A DNA stretch of 64,000 bases, from positions 31,400-95,399 of the forward strand of contig CBDDDW010000019.1 in the NCBI GenBank assembly GCA_965226805.1. Direction: 5' to 3'. The position numbers and the translations under genes were made by a program. Below are positions 42,256 to 53,273 of the stretch, one piece after another; position 1 is the stretch's first letter; every line of letters begins with the position of its first letter. The notes beneath the pieces are model-generated. The model was not told the origin of the DNA and did no database searches. It saw nothing but the letters and a program-made list of their open reading frames with translations. Source of the stretch: Dehalococcoidia bacterium (GTDB lineage Bacteria; Chloroflexota; Dehalococcoidia; Lucifugimonadales; JAGWBF01).

Positions 42256-43059
42256 TTGGAACGCAAGGAACTGGGCAAGACCGGAGTTAAGGTATCCGAG
42301 ATCGGGTTGGGGACGTGGGATTACAAGGGCGGCACTGAGCCACTCGTACGGGGCATCTCCCTGGGCGCAACCCATATCGACACGGCCGAGATGTACAGCA
42401 CCGAGGACATTGTCGGCGAGGCCGTACGAGGGCTACGAGACCGTGTCTTCATTGCTACCAAGGTGCTGGGCAGCCATCTGAGGTACGACCAGGTTATCAG
42501 CGCAGCCAACAACAGCCTCCGGAAGCTGGACATGGAGTACATCGACCTCTACCAGCTCCACTGGCCTAACTCCGGGGTACCTATCGGAGAGACCATGGGG
42601 GCGATGGAGGACCTGGTGGACATGGGCAAGGTGCGGTTCATCGGGGTTAGCAACTTTACCGCCCGGGAGCTACAAGAGGCCCAGGATTCCATGAGGAAGT
42701 ACGAGATCGTCTCCAACCAGGTGATGTACAACCTGAACGACCGCGGAATAGAGAGGAGCACTCTTCCTTACTGCCGGCGCAACAACGTCACCGTCATCGC
42801 GTACACACCCCTTGCCGGGGGGGCGCTGACTTCCAGGCCCCTGCTACGGCGAAGGCGGGCGTTGGCTGTGCTGGAGAGCATAGCCCGTGACACCGGCAAG
42901 ACCATGGCCCAGGTAGCCCTGAACTGGTGCACCTCCAGGGAGAACGTGATAGCGATACCCAAGGCCAACGGTGTTGACCGCGTCGTAGAGAATTGCGGCG
43001 CCTCAGGCTGGAGGCTGTCGTCGGAGCAGGTCGAGGCCCTGGACAGGGCCTTCGGGTGA
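42256..43059 (+). CDS. Aldo/keto reductase
   Basis: LG.TG.KVS.IGLGTW, IDTAEMY, IDLYQLHWP, IGVSNF, IPK. Confidence 0.95.
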   Translation: MERKELGKTGVKVSEIGLGTWDYKGGTEPLVRGISLGATHIDTAEMYSTEDIVGEAVRGLRDRVFIATKVLGSHLRYDQVISAANNSLRKLDMEYIDLYQLHWPNSGVPIGETMGAMEDLVDMGKVRFIGVSNFTARELQEAQDSMRKYEIVSNQVMYNLNDRGIERSTLPYCRRNNVTVIAYTPLAGGALTSRPLLRRRRALAVLESIARDTGKTMAQVALNWCTSRENVIAIPKANGVDRVVENCGASGWRLSSEQVEALDRAFG

Positions 43060-43062
43060 GAG

Positions 43063-43132
43063 AGAGGGAGAGGTCCCTCACCCTGTCCTTCTGACATCCC
43101 TCTCCCAGTGGGAGAGGGACTGATGGTGAGGG
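43063..43132. repeat. REP-like element class C
   Basis: CCCTCACCC..., CCCTCTCCCAGTGGGAGAGGG..GGTGAGGG. Confidence 0.7.
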
Positions 43133-43210
43133 CTGCTACCGCCCGCCTACTGCGTGGTTTGACTCACCGCCGCGTGCAATGATATAGTCCGAGCTATGAC
43201 GCATCAGTAT

Positions 43211-43555
43211 AAGTAACACCAAGACTTGGACTCCGATGGTGCGTGGGATGATGGGGAGCCGGGTCTGCCAGACTTTACAATCATCCTTGACATCGGGGGA
43301 GACGGAACAGGAGACCGATTCACCCAGACGATCTCCACCAGTGATTACGGGTTCGTTGATGTGCCACGAGGGCCCTTCGTTATATGGGAATCGCCATCGC
43401 CGGGCTGGATCCAGACACGGCCAGGTGGTTGCCCCTATACCAGATCGCTGTTACCTGGCCAGGTGATCGAGGGTCTCGACTTCGGAAGCTGCAATCCAAT
43501 CCATTCGGGTCTTGCTGAAGGCATAGGGTCAGCCGAAATGGAGAATCTCGGATAA
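43211..43555 (+). pseudogene. SdrD-B/Cna-B-like domain fragment
   Basis: DLDSDG.WD.GEPGL..F.I.LD, Y.F.DV..G...I.E..PGW.QT.P, LDFG; single domain without a clear start. Confidence 0.6.
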
Positions 43556-43653
43556 TATGTCATCCCTGACTATAGTGGCAGTCCGCTTCCAGTCACCCCA
43601 TCAGGCTTAACCCTGGGGCCGTTAGAAGATTCACTTTCAAAGGAGCAAAAGTA

Positions 43654-43755
43654 ATGGGTGATAAGGGTGGTAAAAAAGATAAAGCCAAAAAGGAAAAACA
43701 GACAACTGCACAACATACTCTAAAGGAAAAACGTAAATTGAAAAAAGAGAAGTAG
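43654..43755 (+). CDS. 33-aa lysine-rich small protein MGDKGGKKDKAKKEKQ...
   Basis: AAGGAG RBS about 8 nt upstream of ATG; ends at TAG; below the ORF-track cutoff. Confidence 0.65.
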   Translation: MGDKGGKKDKAKKEKQTTAQHTLKEKRKLKKEK

Positions 43756-43761
43756 ATTTAG

Positions 43762-45504
43762 CCGATATTTCCCAGATGGAATCCAGTGCTTTCATAAACA
43801 CACCATCCTGAGACAGTCCAGACTATAAGATCGCCTGCTGAAGTTGTCAACTGCCACCAACCGCGCTAATATCACTTCATCTAGAGAAACAGGGTCTCCA
43901 AACCACTGGGAAAGGCTCTAAACGGATTATTCAGACCGAACCTCACGCTGCAAGTCGCGCACCTTGCTCAGGGCAGCCTCGATATGATCACGATTCCCTA
44001 ACAGACACATGCTCCTATCCAGAATTGAAACGAAGTCTCCCTATCCGCTCCAGCATTTCATCGAACATCTCCCTGGTCACCATCACCTCGGCAAGCTGGA
44101 ACACAAGCCTCCTCGCATGACGCACCAGTCGCCCGCCTATCTTGATGAGTCTCGTCTGAATACTTGTCAGGGACCAGCTCTTTATCGCTTCTGGCAGAGC
44201 CAGCCTTCTGAAGAAGTTGCCCAGATTGTATGCCAGGATGAATAGCCACAGCCTCACCTAATTAGCCACGAACTTATGGCACGAGAGCCGAGTCCAATTG
44301 AGGGCGTATTTCCCCTCTTTAATCCACTGCTCTGCTGTGCCTCTGCCATTGTAGAAGCTGACTAGTCCCTTCGTTGGATAGCTCAGGTTGGTTACGATGA
44401 AGCCTACTCTTGGGAACAGTTCTCCCTGATGCCACTCCACCTTGGCCACTACTCTTCGAGGAACATTCCAACTCTGGGCCTGATAAACGAAGTCGTGATA
44501 CGAGACGATGGGCTTTTGAGAGGGCCACTCGGTAGGCCGTACCAACAGGTGAGCTATTTCCTTCTGAAGCACTTCGTTCGCCGGAAGCCTTATGGCGTAG
44601 CCGATATGCCTTGTCTCCAGGTACTCGTAAATCTCAGGCTTGGCAAAAGCAGCGTCTGCTCGAAACAGCAGCCTCACCGCCAGCTTCAGGTAGCGCTCGA
44701 CGATGGGATTGATGAACTCCTTCCAGCCATCGGCGCTGTGGACGTTGCCTGGTCTGAGAACCGCCCCTTCGCAATCTCCAAACTGGTTGAAGCAGAACAA
44801 GGGGTGATAGCACATGCATCCAAAGTGGCCGTTGTAGGCTGCTTCCTCCTGCTCGCCATGCACCGGACTCTCCGAACTGTCGATGTCCAGGATGATACGC
44901 CTGTGTACGGTCTTGGCTAATGCACGTTTTATCCATTCGACATTCAGCCGCTCAATGCCCTTGAGGTTTTCCTTTTGTGTCAGCAACTCCGTCTCGAACC
45001 TACCCATCTCGCTGGTGCTGGCCGCGTTCCTGTCAGGGCCTTTCCAGCCTACCACTACTCTCAGGGCTGGGTCTTGGGAAAGGCGGTCGGCATCATTGGT
45101 GTCGTCGTATCCAGCGAGGCGGCTGTAGACTGACTGTCTCAGCAGTGGGATTAGCTGATGCAGGATGTTTTTGCCCGTTCGACTCTCTTTGAGGAATTCG
45201 TCGGCAGAGTCGGTCAGGCTTAGGGCGTCATCAAGCTCTCTGCACGCCAGCAGTCCTGCGTCTGAGGTGATGGTAGCACCGCGAAACTCCACGCGAACTT
45301 TGGAGTCAAAGTCGAGCTTGAGAGGGGTCTTTTCGTCGTCACCCATAAGGTGCCTCCAACACGATTACGTAATCAGAAGCCAGAACCTATATTCATGGGT
45401 GTATTATAATGTATAGACTCCCATTATATCCGTTTAGTAATCAGAATATTCATAGTAATCACAGGAACGCCAATCACCACTTGGGTCTATCTGGGAAATC
45501 CAGG
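43762..45504 (-). mobile_element. IS1380-family element copy 1 (transposase with CAG>TAG at 44258-44260)
   Basis: 1743 bp, IRs CC..ATTTCCCAGAT, 5-bp target duplication TTTAG; TSDAGLL, LDIDS, RAD..F, YN.RG..E..IKE. Confidence 0.95.
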
Positions 45505-45590
45505 TTTAGACCATACACGGAATCAGACGACGCGGTAGCAGCAGACCTATGGCGATTCTGCTCTGAGGTTGCCGCTATGAGGGAGACGCC

Positions 45591-46340
45591 GTGACGATTG
45601 CTCTCCCCAAAGGGGATTTCTTGGTGACGGCTGGATTTGCCGCTATCGCGGGCGCGGGTGCCGCGTCGAGCTTCACGGTGTTCGCCAACGCCAGCACATG
45701 GTACCTTGGTCTGGTTGCGGTAGTCACGGTGGGCGTGTACCCCCTTCTTGCGGGCTGGCTATCGCCATCGCTCAGAGATGTTGCGCTCTTCCCCATCAGC
45801 ATATTGTTCGGCCTTTCAGTCGCGTGGGCTATCGACGGGCCGCTCTCTTCAGATTCACATCCCATCTGGTTCATCTTCGTCCTCACAATATTCTATGGTG
45901 GCGGGGCATCTGTGGCATTCTGTGTGGGCTGGATAGCGAGGCAGTACCTTCTCCGGTTACGGGGACATAGGATGCCCATGAGCCACCTGGCCATGGCGTC
46001 TCTGGTGGCTGTTTGTCACTCGTTCGCCCTCACTGTGCTCTACTTTGGGTTCGCTGCCATTCCCGATCTGAGTGGATTGATAGGAGTCGTTGCGGGGACC
46101 GCGATCATCTGGAGTGATCGCCACAGGGGTCGTTGGAGTTCGCTTGGACTTGGACTTTCCCTGCTCTAGCTGGGGGCATCAATAGGAACGCCGGTCTACT
46201 GGGGGGCATCTGTCGTCAAAGGATTAGTCTACACGGCAACAGGGTATGGGTGGGTCGCGCTGGCTCTGGTCGGGCTTGCGGTTTGGAACATTCTCAAATG
46301 GAGGCAAGGCAGCGAAAGAGCCGCCTTGGGTGATTCGTAA
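45591..46340 (+). pseudogene. Multi-TM membrane protein with in-frame TAG at 46167-46169
   Basis: Same frame continues after the TAG with a further TM helix (WVALALVGLAVW) to TAA just before the next gene. Confidence 0.55.
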
Positions 46341-46343
46341 ACG

Positions 46344-46882
46344 ATGCCAGCATTACTGTGGCTACTCTCAATGGTCCCGCCTTCCGCGTTGTTCCTGACC
46401 GCAGGAATCTGGGTGGTCAGGAAGAAATACGGCGGTGTGCGTCACGTGCTCGGCGTGGCAGCGATTGTTGTGGGGCTATTGCTTGTTGCGATCACCCTGG
46501 TTGTGCTGCCGGGAATTGCCACAACTACCACGTCTGAAACCACGGTAACCACTTCCAGCTCCTCACATCTGGAGCATGAAGTCGTAGTCGGCAGTGTTGG
46601 CATCACGTTGGGCCGAGCAGTACTGCATCCCAATGAACGGGTCACCCTGTTCTATGTGGCAAGGGACACGGCTGAAGAGCTCGACGGGGCCGTCATGATA
46701 GACGCTGCAGAGATAGAGAGTTCGGACGGGCGCTCGTGGCTGGCCGACGGGCGTGGCGTCGTGCTCGATCGGCCTCCGCTTACCCTTGGATGGCTGACGT
46801 TTCCTGTGTCAGATGCTGCTCCGGGGAGCTTCAAAGTCACAGTGAACAGCGTTCAAGCCGACGGTGGCCATCTAAGGGGGAC
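46344..46882 (+). pseudogene. Membrane-anchored hypothetical protein truncated by IS
   Basis: Two TM helices, Thr/Ser linker, beta-rich domain; runs into the IS right end at 46883. Confidence 0.6.
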
Positions 46883-47811
46883 TGTTGGGTGTCAGCGGTT
46901 TTGGACAGTTCTGGGTCCGAGAGATTGGGGTGAAGAAGCTCCTGGTTTGAGGGTTTCTCTGACCTCCTGATTGTACCGCCTCCGCCGGTCAAAAGTCTCT
47001 CGCTGTACCTCCTTCCTCTGGGCTAGAATTGCCTCCAGACGGCCTTCCAGCACGTCAGCCGGAGTTACAACCCTGAGCGCCTGATGATATCTTCGGTAGT
47101 TGTAGAACTCGACGAAGTCCCGGATGGCCGCCTCCAGGTCTTCCACCACCTCGTATGGCACCTGGTTAATGTCGTCTTTCAGGGTTCGGTGATATCTCTC
47201 CAGCTTCCCGTTGGTCTGAGGGTGATAGGGTGCTGCCAGGACGTGGCGAATGCCCACCACCCGCATGTACTCGCGGAAGGCCCGCGATACATAACCTGAG
47301 CCATTATCTGAGAGGAGCTTGGTCCGATCCTCCAGAGGTACATCAGTCATACCAGTAGAGTCAACAGCTTCCTGGACCACCTCTATGAGGGAGTTGGCCG
47401 TCATGTCCCGTTGCACCTTCCAGGCCAAGATGAACCGGGAGTAGTCGTCCATCACCGTCACGAGGTAGTAGTAGCCCCATCCCACTACACGGAAGTAGGA
47501 GGCATCGGTGGCCCACAGCTGGTGGGGCCCTGTGGTCTTGTGCTGGTACTCTTTGCTCGCTGCCAACTGGTATTCGATCCGTTTCACCAGACCCTCCCGT
47601 CTCAGAATACGATAGACTGTGGAGGCGGAGACCGATAGGCCTCTGTGGTCGGTGAGCGAAGCCGCCAACTGCCGGCTTCGCCAGGTCGGCATCCCACGGG
47701 CTGCCGCCAGCACTACTGCCTCCTCTTCTGGACGCAGGCGATTCCAGGGCCTCTCAGTTCCTTCCGTACCCTCCCAACTACCCTGCCGGTGCCTCCACCT
47801 CCACCAATAAT
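46883..47811 (-). mobile_element. IS3/IS481-type element copy 2, 3' part
   Basis: Near-identical to 34546-35474; cut by IS1380 at 47812. Confidence 0.92.
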
Positions 47812-49554
47812 CCTGGATTTCCCAGATAGACCCAAGTGGTGATTGGCGTTCCTGTGATTACTATGAATATTCTGATTACTAAACGGATATAATGGGAGTC
47901 TATACATTATAATACACCCATGAATATAGGTTCTGGCTTCTGATTACGTAATCGTGTTGGAGGCACCTTATGGGTGACGACGAAAAGACCCCTCTCAAGC
48001 TCGACTTTGACTCCAAAGTTCGCGTGGAGTTTCGCGGTGCTACCATCACCTCAGACGCAGGACTGCTGGCGTGCAGAGAGCTTGATGACGCCCTAAGCCT
48101 GACCGACTCTGCCGACGAATTCCTCAAAGAGAGTCGAACGGGCAAAAACATCCTGCATCAGCTAATCCCACTGCTGAGACAGTCAGTCTACAGCCGCCTC
48201 GCTGGATACGACGACACCAATGATGCCGACCGCCTTTCCCAAGACCCAGCCCTGAGAGTAGTGGTAGGCTGGAAAGGCCCTGACAGGAACGCGGCCAGCA
48301 CCAGCGAGATGGGTAGGTTCGAGACGGAGTTGCTGACACAAAAGGAAAACCTCAAGGGCATTGAGCGGCTGAATGTCGAATGGATAAAACGTGCATTAGC
48401 CAAGACCGTACACAGGCGTATCATCCTGGACATCGACAGTTCGGAGAGTCCGGTGCATGGCGAGCAGGAGGAAGCAGCCTACAACGGCCACTTTGGATGC
48501 ATGTGCTATCACCCCTTGTTCTGCTTCAACCAGTTTGGAGATTGCGAAGGGGCGGTTCTCAGACCAGGCAACGTCCACAGCGCCGATGGCTGGAAGGAGT
48601 TCATCAATCCCATCGTCGAGCGCTACCTGAAGCTGGCGGTGAGGCTGCTGTTTCGAGCAGACGCTGCTTTTGCCAAGCCTGAGATTTACGAGTACCTGGA
48701 GACAAGGCATATCGGCTACGCCATAAGGCTTCCGGCGAACGAAGTGCTTCAGAAGGAAATAGCTCACCTGTTGGTACGGCCTACCGAGTGGCCCTCTCAA
48801 AAGCCCATCGTCTCGTATCACGACTTCGTTTATCAGGCCCAGAGTTGGAATGTTCCTCGAAGAGTAGTGGCCAAGGTGGAGTGGCATCAGGGAGAACTGT
48901 TCCCAAGAGTAGGCTTCATCGTAACCAACCTGAGCTATCCAACGAAGGGACTAGTCAGCTTCTACAATGGCAGAGGCACAGCAGAGCAGTGGATTAAAGA
49001 GGGGAAATACGCCCTCAATTGGACTCGGCTCTCGTGCCATAAGTTCGTGGCTAATCAGGTGAGGCTGTGGCTATTCATCCTGGCATACAATCTGGGCAAC
49101 TTCTTCAGAAGGCTGGCTCTGCCAGAAGCGATAAAGAGCTGGTCCCTGACAAGTATTCAGACGAGACTCATCAAGATAGGCGGGCGACTGGTGCGTCATG
49201 CGAGGAGGCTTGTGTTCCAGCTTGCCGAGGTGATGGTGACCAGGGAGATGTTCGATGAAATGCTGGAGCGGATAGGGAGACTTCGTTTCAATCCTGGATA
49301 GGAGCATGTGTCTGTTAGGGAATCGTGATCATATCGAGGCTGCCCTGAGCAAGGTGCGCGACTTGCAGCGTGAGGTTCGGTCTGAATAATCCGTTTAGAG
49401 CCTTTCCCAGTGGTTTGGAGACCCTGTTTCTCTAGATGAAGTGATATTAGCGCGGTTGGTGGCAGTTGACAACTTCAGCAGGCGATCTTATAGTCTGGAC
49501 TGTCTCAGGATGGTGTGTTTATGAAAGCACTGGATTCCATCTGGGAAATATCGG
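47812..49554 (+). mobile_element. IS1380-family element copy 2 (intact transposase 47970-49301)
   Basis: 1743 bp, inverted near-identical copy of 43762-45504; flanks ATAAT / CTGAG do not match. Confidence 0.95.
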
Positions 49555-49969
49555 CTGAGAGGAGCTTGGTCCGATCCTCCAGAGGTACATCAGTCATACC
49601 AGTAGAGTCAACAGCTTCCTGGACCACCTCTATGAGGGAGTTGGCCGTCATGTCCCGTTGCACCTTCCAGGCCAAGATGAACCGGGAGTAGTCGTCCATC
49701 ACCGTCACGAGGTAGTAGTAGCCCCATCCCACTACACGGAAGTAGGAGGCATCGGTGGCCCACAGCTGGTGGGGCCCTGTGGTCTTGTGCTGGTACTCTT
49801 TGCTCGCTGCCAACTGGTATTCGATCCGTTTCACCAGACCCTCCCGTCTCAGAATACGATAGACTGTGGAGGCGGAGACCGATAGGCCTCTGTGGTCGGT
49901 GAGCGAAGCCGCCAACTGCCGGCTTCGCCAGGTCGGCATCCCACGGGCTGCCGCCAGCACTACTGCCTC
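49555..49969 (-). mobile_element. Internal fragment of the IS3/IS481-type element
   Basis: Matches 47308-47722; fused in frame to the gene X N-terminus. Confidence 0.9.
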
Positions 49970-49975
49970 ATAGTG
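49958..49975. other. Left inversion junction, CACTAC-TGCCTC-ATAGTG
   Basis: IS sequence to the left, gene X to the right; core TGCCTC is the reverse complement of GAGGCA at 57764. Confidence 0.85.
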
Positions 49976-50713
49976 TTCGTCATACTCCGCGTCCGGCACA
50001 TCCGCCAGGCCGTAAGAGTAGTCCTCGCCATCAAGGAACTTTTGAAAACTCTCTGCGTCCTCGAATAGTGGCCGCACCTCATCCTCGGTTGGCACCTTCG
50101 AATAGAGGTGTTTTGCTCCGCTCATCATCCCGTAAGCGCCATCAGGCAAGGCAGTATTGCCTTTGGCCAGAAAGCTCTCTAACAGCCATTGGCCCAGGTC
50201 GTCGCCTTCTTCCAGCAATTCCCAGGTCATAACGTAATGCTGCTTGGCCGCTTCCACCGCAGCCGCTGTCTCTGAATCCAGGGGATACGGCGTCTCGATC
50301 CCTACCCGAATCTGGTTCCACCGCATTCGCCGGCCGAGAGCCTGTTCTCTCAGCAGCGATTTCAACTCCGCTATCAAGAACCTACCTTGGGTCCAGAAAT
50401 ACCGTTCCTCCGAGATCAGCTTGCGGTTAACCTGCTGGTGTAGAAAGAACAGGAACAGGACGTCCTTGTAAGCCTGGCGCACTGCTTTGTCGATTTCCTC
50501 CCGAGTGTGTCCCTTAAGCGTTTGCTTAACAGCCTCGGCTACCTGGTCTGTTAACCTGGGTATCGGCGCGGCGCTGTCCGGCTGGCTCTTCAGGTGATGG
50601 ATATATTCAAAAATGGTATTAAAGCCGTGTGCTTCTTGAAACCACAGCAGGATGGCCTGCTTGGGAGTCAGGCCAGTCTCCAGCTTCGCGACCCTTTGTA
50701 TGTTCTTGCTCAC
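49964..50713 (-). pseudogene. Hypothetical gene X, N-terminal 250 codons
   Basis: MSKNIQRVAKLE..LTPKQAILLW...; continues as 57770-58810 when the inversion is undone. Confidence 0.75.
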
Positions 50714-51147
50714 GAGTCAACCTCGGCGCTGAAACCTGTGTCGACGGGTTCAGCGTCGAACACCGACTCCGGCAGGGTTTTCTGACCATGCGCCGCTTCC
50801 AGTGCAGCTAGGCGTTCCTCCAACTCCCCGGTCTCCAAGAGTTTACCCGCCACTCCGACCAGGTAGCCCAGGGTGCGGGCCCGGGCGATGGAGTTTTCCA
50901 GACCCAGGGTGTCCAGGGAGGCAATCACTAGCAACCGCCGCAGGTCGCCCACTGTTTCCAGCCCATTGACCTCGTAGGCCCCGGACACCGCCACTTCACG
51001 TCGCCGTCTCAGTCCTCCCAAGCGCCGTGCCTCGGCCACATCTTCGGCATACTCGGGGGAGTGCCAGAAGCAGTGATCCCCGTCCTTTACGGGAGCCGCC
51101 CGGCACATCTGCCCATCCTCCTTCCGAAATGCGCACTGACGGCCCAT
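50710..51147 (-). CDS. Mobile-element hypothetical protein with N-terminal Cys/His motif
   Basis: C....DG..C.A......C.WH, RRLGG.RR, ELEERLAALE; GTGA coupling to gene X. Confidence 0.7.
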   Translation of the reverse strand: MGRQCAFRKEDGQMCRAAPVKDGDHCFWHSPEYAEDVAEARRLGGLRRRREVAVSGAYEVNGLETVGDLRRLLVIASLDTLGLENSIARARTLGYLVGVAGKLLETGELEERLAALEAAHGQKTLPESVFDAEPVDTGFSAEVDS

Positions 51148-51259
51148 TACCTGTGATTACCTCTGCTAGTTGACCAGTTGGTAGTCAGATGCAACAGAGC
51201 AAAAGGCAGGCTCCATTGAGAAACCTGCCTCAAGCAAATGAAATTATTCAAACCAGCGC

Positions 51260-51715
51260 TCAGGCTTCTGTGGTTGCCACTTGGACCCCATTCGATGTGT
51301 GCCCTTCTGGACACTGCTCTGCAGGTGCGCCCACCGGCGCCGTGAAACTCTTCTGGCAAGCGTCGCAGTAGAGTCTCACTTCTCCTTCCTCGACGCCCTT
51401 TTGATTTGGCACTCGCCGGAACCCAGCGGTGGGCGTTTGCTCCCCAGTCTCCGTTTCTTCCGATGCGTCGCCCTCGGGCTCCTCCGCTTCGCTGGGGGCG
51501 CCGCCGGCCTCGACGCTCCAAAAGGCCCAACCGTTGCAAGCCTTGTTGGTGATGGCGGTACCCGCCGATGAGGGACTCTTGAACTCTCTCCCGTCGGCCA
51601 GCCGGTACTTGACCTTCCCGTCCTCTCCGGCTATCACCTCGGCTTTGTATTCCTCCTTCTTGTATTTGGCAATCAGCTTCGTACCCGGTTCCAGGTTGCG
51701 GTCCTCGATGGCCAT
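51260..51715 (-). CDS. RAMA-like domain protein with C-terminal Zn ribbon
   Basis: L.A.YK...Y.AEV..DG...DG.EF.SPS.AG..I....NGW.FW, then C..C..F......CP.GH; GGAGG RBS. Confidence 0.7.
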   Translation of the reverse strand: MAIEDRNLEPGTKLIAKYKKEEYKAEVIAGEDGKVKYRLADGREFKSPSSAGTAITNKACNGWAFWSVEAGGAPSEAEEPEGDASEETETGEQTPTAGFRRVPNQKGVEEGEVRLYCDACQKSFTAPVGAPAEQCPEGHTSNGVQVATTEA

Positions 51716-51829
51716 TTGCCACCTCCTCACGTTTAGAAGATGGTATATACCTCACTCTGTCTTCGCCGGAAGTAAAGGGATATCGGCAAAGTGGAGGTAG
51801 CTGACCAATGTTCTCTTGGAGACGACGGT

Positions 51830-51847
51830 CACTACGTCGCCATAGTG
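51830..51847. other. Palindromic site CACTAC-GTCGCC-ATAGTG
   Basis: Intergenic copy of the motif seen at the inversion junctions and at 58819. Confidence 0.7.
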
Positions 51848-51866
51848 TTCGCTCCAGCTTCACCTA

Positions 51867-53123
51867 TCACTGGTTCTCCTTCGTGGCCTGCTCCCCGGTG
51901 AAAGACTCCCACCGCTTGACCGCCACATCAACGTACTGAGGCTCGCGTTCCAACGCATAGCAGACCCGACCAAGCTTTTCCGCCGCGATCAGCTGAGTGC
52001 CGCTGCCCAAGAAGGGCTCGTAGCAGAGGTCCCCAACCTCGGTGTGGTACTCGATTGGCCGCAAGAAGAGTTCCAACGGTTTCTGGGTAGGATGGATGTT
52101 CATGCTGGAACCCTGCTGGTCCAGCTGCCAGATGGTCCTCTCGTTAGCCGGGGGCTTCTTAGAGGGTTGGTGGCCTTCAACCCAGCCGTAGAAACATGGT
52201 TCGTGGGCCCACAGATAATGGCTATGAGTCAGTACCCCACGGGCCTTGGCCCAGATTATTTGCTGATGCACCAACAAACCGCTCTCCCGCCAGGCCTGCT
52301 CCACCAAGGCCTGCCTACGGTAGGCGTGCCACTGATAGATGGCTGAGTTTGGCTTAAGGTGTTCCAGGCTCAATGTCAAGAACTTTCGGTAGAACTCCAC
52401 CGACGCCTCTGGGTCCACGTATTCGTCCCAGTGCTTGTCTTTGCTCGGCTTGCCCTGGTTACCCTTCGAGGCTGGATGGTTGCCGCCCGTGTAGTCCACA
52501 AGATATGGCGGGTCCGTCGCCATCAATGAAGCTTTCTCCCCGTTCATCAATCGCCCTACGTCGCCACTGTCAATGGAATCGCCACACAGGAGCCTGTGGT
52601 CGCCTAGCAGCCATAAATCGCCTGTACGAGCCACAGGGGTCGTCCGTGCGGCTTCCATTGCTTCATCCAGGTCGAATGTCTCTAAACGCTCACGTTTCTC
52701 CCTCGACTCCAGGCTCTTTAGATGCTTCTGGAGTTCATCCTCAGAGAAGCCGGTCAATGTGATGTCTACATCCGGTAGGTCCTTCAATTCACCCAAGAGC
52801 CGGGCCAGGAGCTCTTGGTCCCAACTTCCGGAGATTTTGTTGAGGGCCAGGTTCAACAGATGAGCTTGCTCCTCGGGTAGGTCCACCAGAACCACGGGCA
52901 CTTGCTTCAGTCCGAGCTTCCTGGCTGCAAGCAGGCGCTGGTGGCCGCCTATTACCACCTTGTCCTCCCTCCGGGCGATGATTGGGTCGATGAGCCCGAA
53001 CTCTCTTATGGACCGGGTCAGCGACTCCAACTCCTCGTCGCTTATGCGCCTCGGGTTGGCTGGGTCGGGACGCAGGTCGCCGATGGGCAGGTGGGTGATT
53101 TCTAGCTCTTGGATTTGTTGCAC
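51867..53123 (-). CDS. ParB N-terminal domain + N4/N6 DNA methyltransferase
   Basis: NPR, SIREFG..DPI, GGHQRL; GDLWLLG.HRLLCGDS, TDPPY, HPTQKP, EPFLGSG. Confidence 0.92.
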   Translation of the reverse strand: MQQIQELEITHLPIGDLRPDPANPRRISDEELESLTRSIREFGLIDPIIARREDKVVIGGHQRLLAARKLGLKQVPVVLVDLPEEQAHLLNLALNKISGSWDQELLARLLGELKDLPDVDITLTGFSEDELQKHLKSLESREKRERLETFDLDEAMEAARTTPVARTGDLWLLGDHRLLCGDSIDSGDVGRLMNGEKASLMATDPPYLVDYTGGNHPASKGNQGKPSKDKHWDEYVDPEASVEFYRKFLTLSLEHLKPNSAIYQWHAYRRQALVEQAWRESGLLVHQQIIWAKARGVLTHSHYLWAHEPCFYGWVEGHQPSKKPPANERTIWQLDQQGSSMNIHPTQKPLELFLRPIEYHTEVGDLCYEPFLGSGTQLIAAEKLGRVCYALEREPQYVDVAVKRWESFTGEQATKENQ

Positions 53124-53165
53124 GGCTCTACCTCGCTTTGTCGTTTCCTTTCCCAGCCTCGACAC

Positions 53166-53273
53166 AGTGACGGGAGTGACGCAATGAACCCCCTTTTTCA
53201 CAAACATCCCTTACAAAGAGTGAATTGAAAATAGTTTGTGAAATTGACCCCTCGCTGCGTCACTTATGTCACT
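53166..53273. other. Candidate replication origin of the primase element
   Basis: AGTGACG x2 facing inverted TGCGTCACT and TGTCACT across an AT-rich spacer at the primase 3' end. Confidence 0.45.

Noticed and set aside
2850-46169. Amber recoding (pyrrolysine or reassigned TAG) suggested by three in-frame TAGs
   Set aside because: The implied residues differ (Glu, Gln, probably Trp), the sister IS1380 copy has CAG, and many intact genes end in TAG; these are ordinary nonsense mutations.
43762-49554. Composite transposon bounded by the two IS1380 copies
   Set aside because: Copy 1 has its own TTTAG duplication and the outer flanks (TTTAG / CTGAG) do not match.
49505-50713. Evolved transposase-fusion proteins (also 57575-58810 and 31287-32150)
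   Set aside because: They are rearrangement junction products; the IS parts are incomplete (or antisense, for 31287-32150) and undiverged from the IS sequence.
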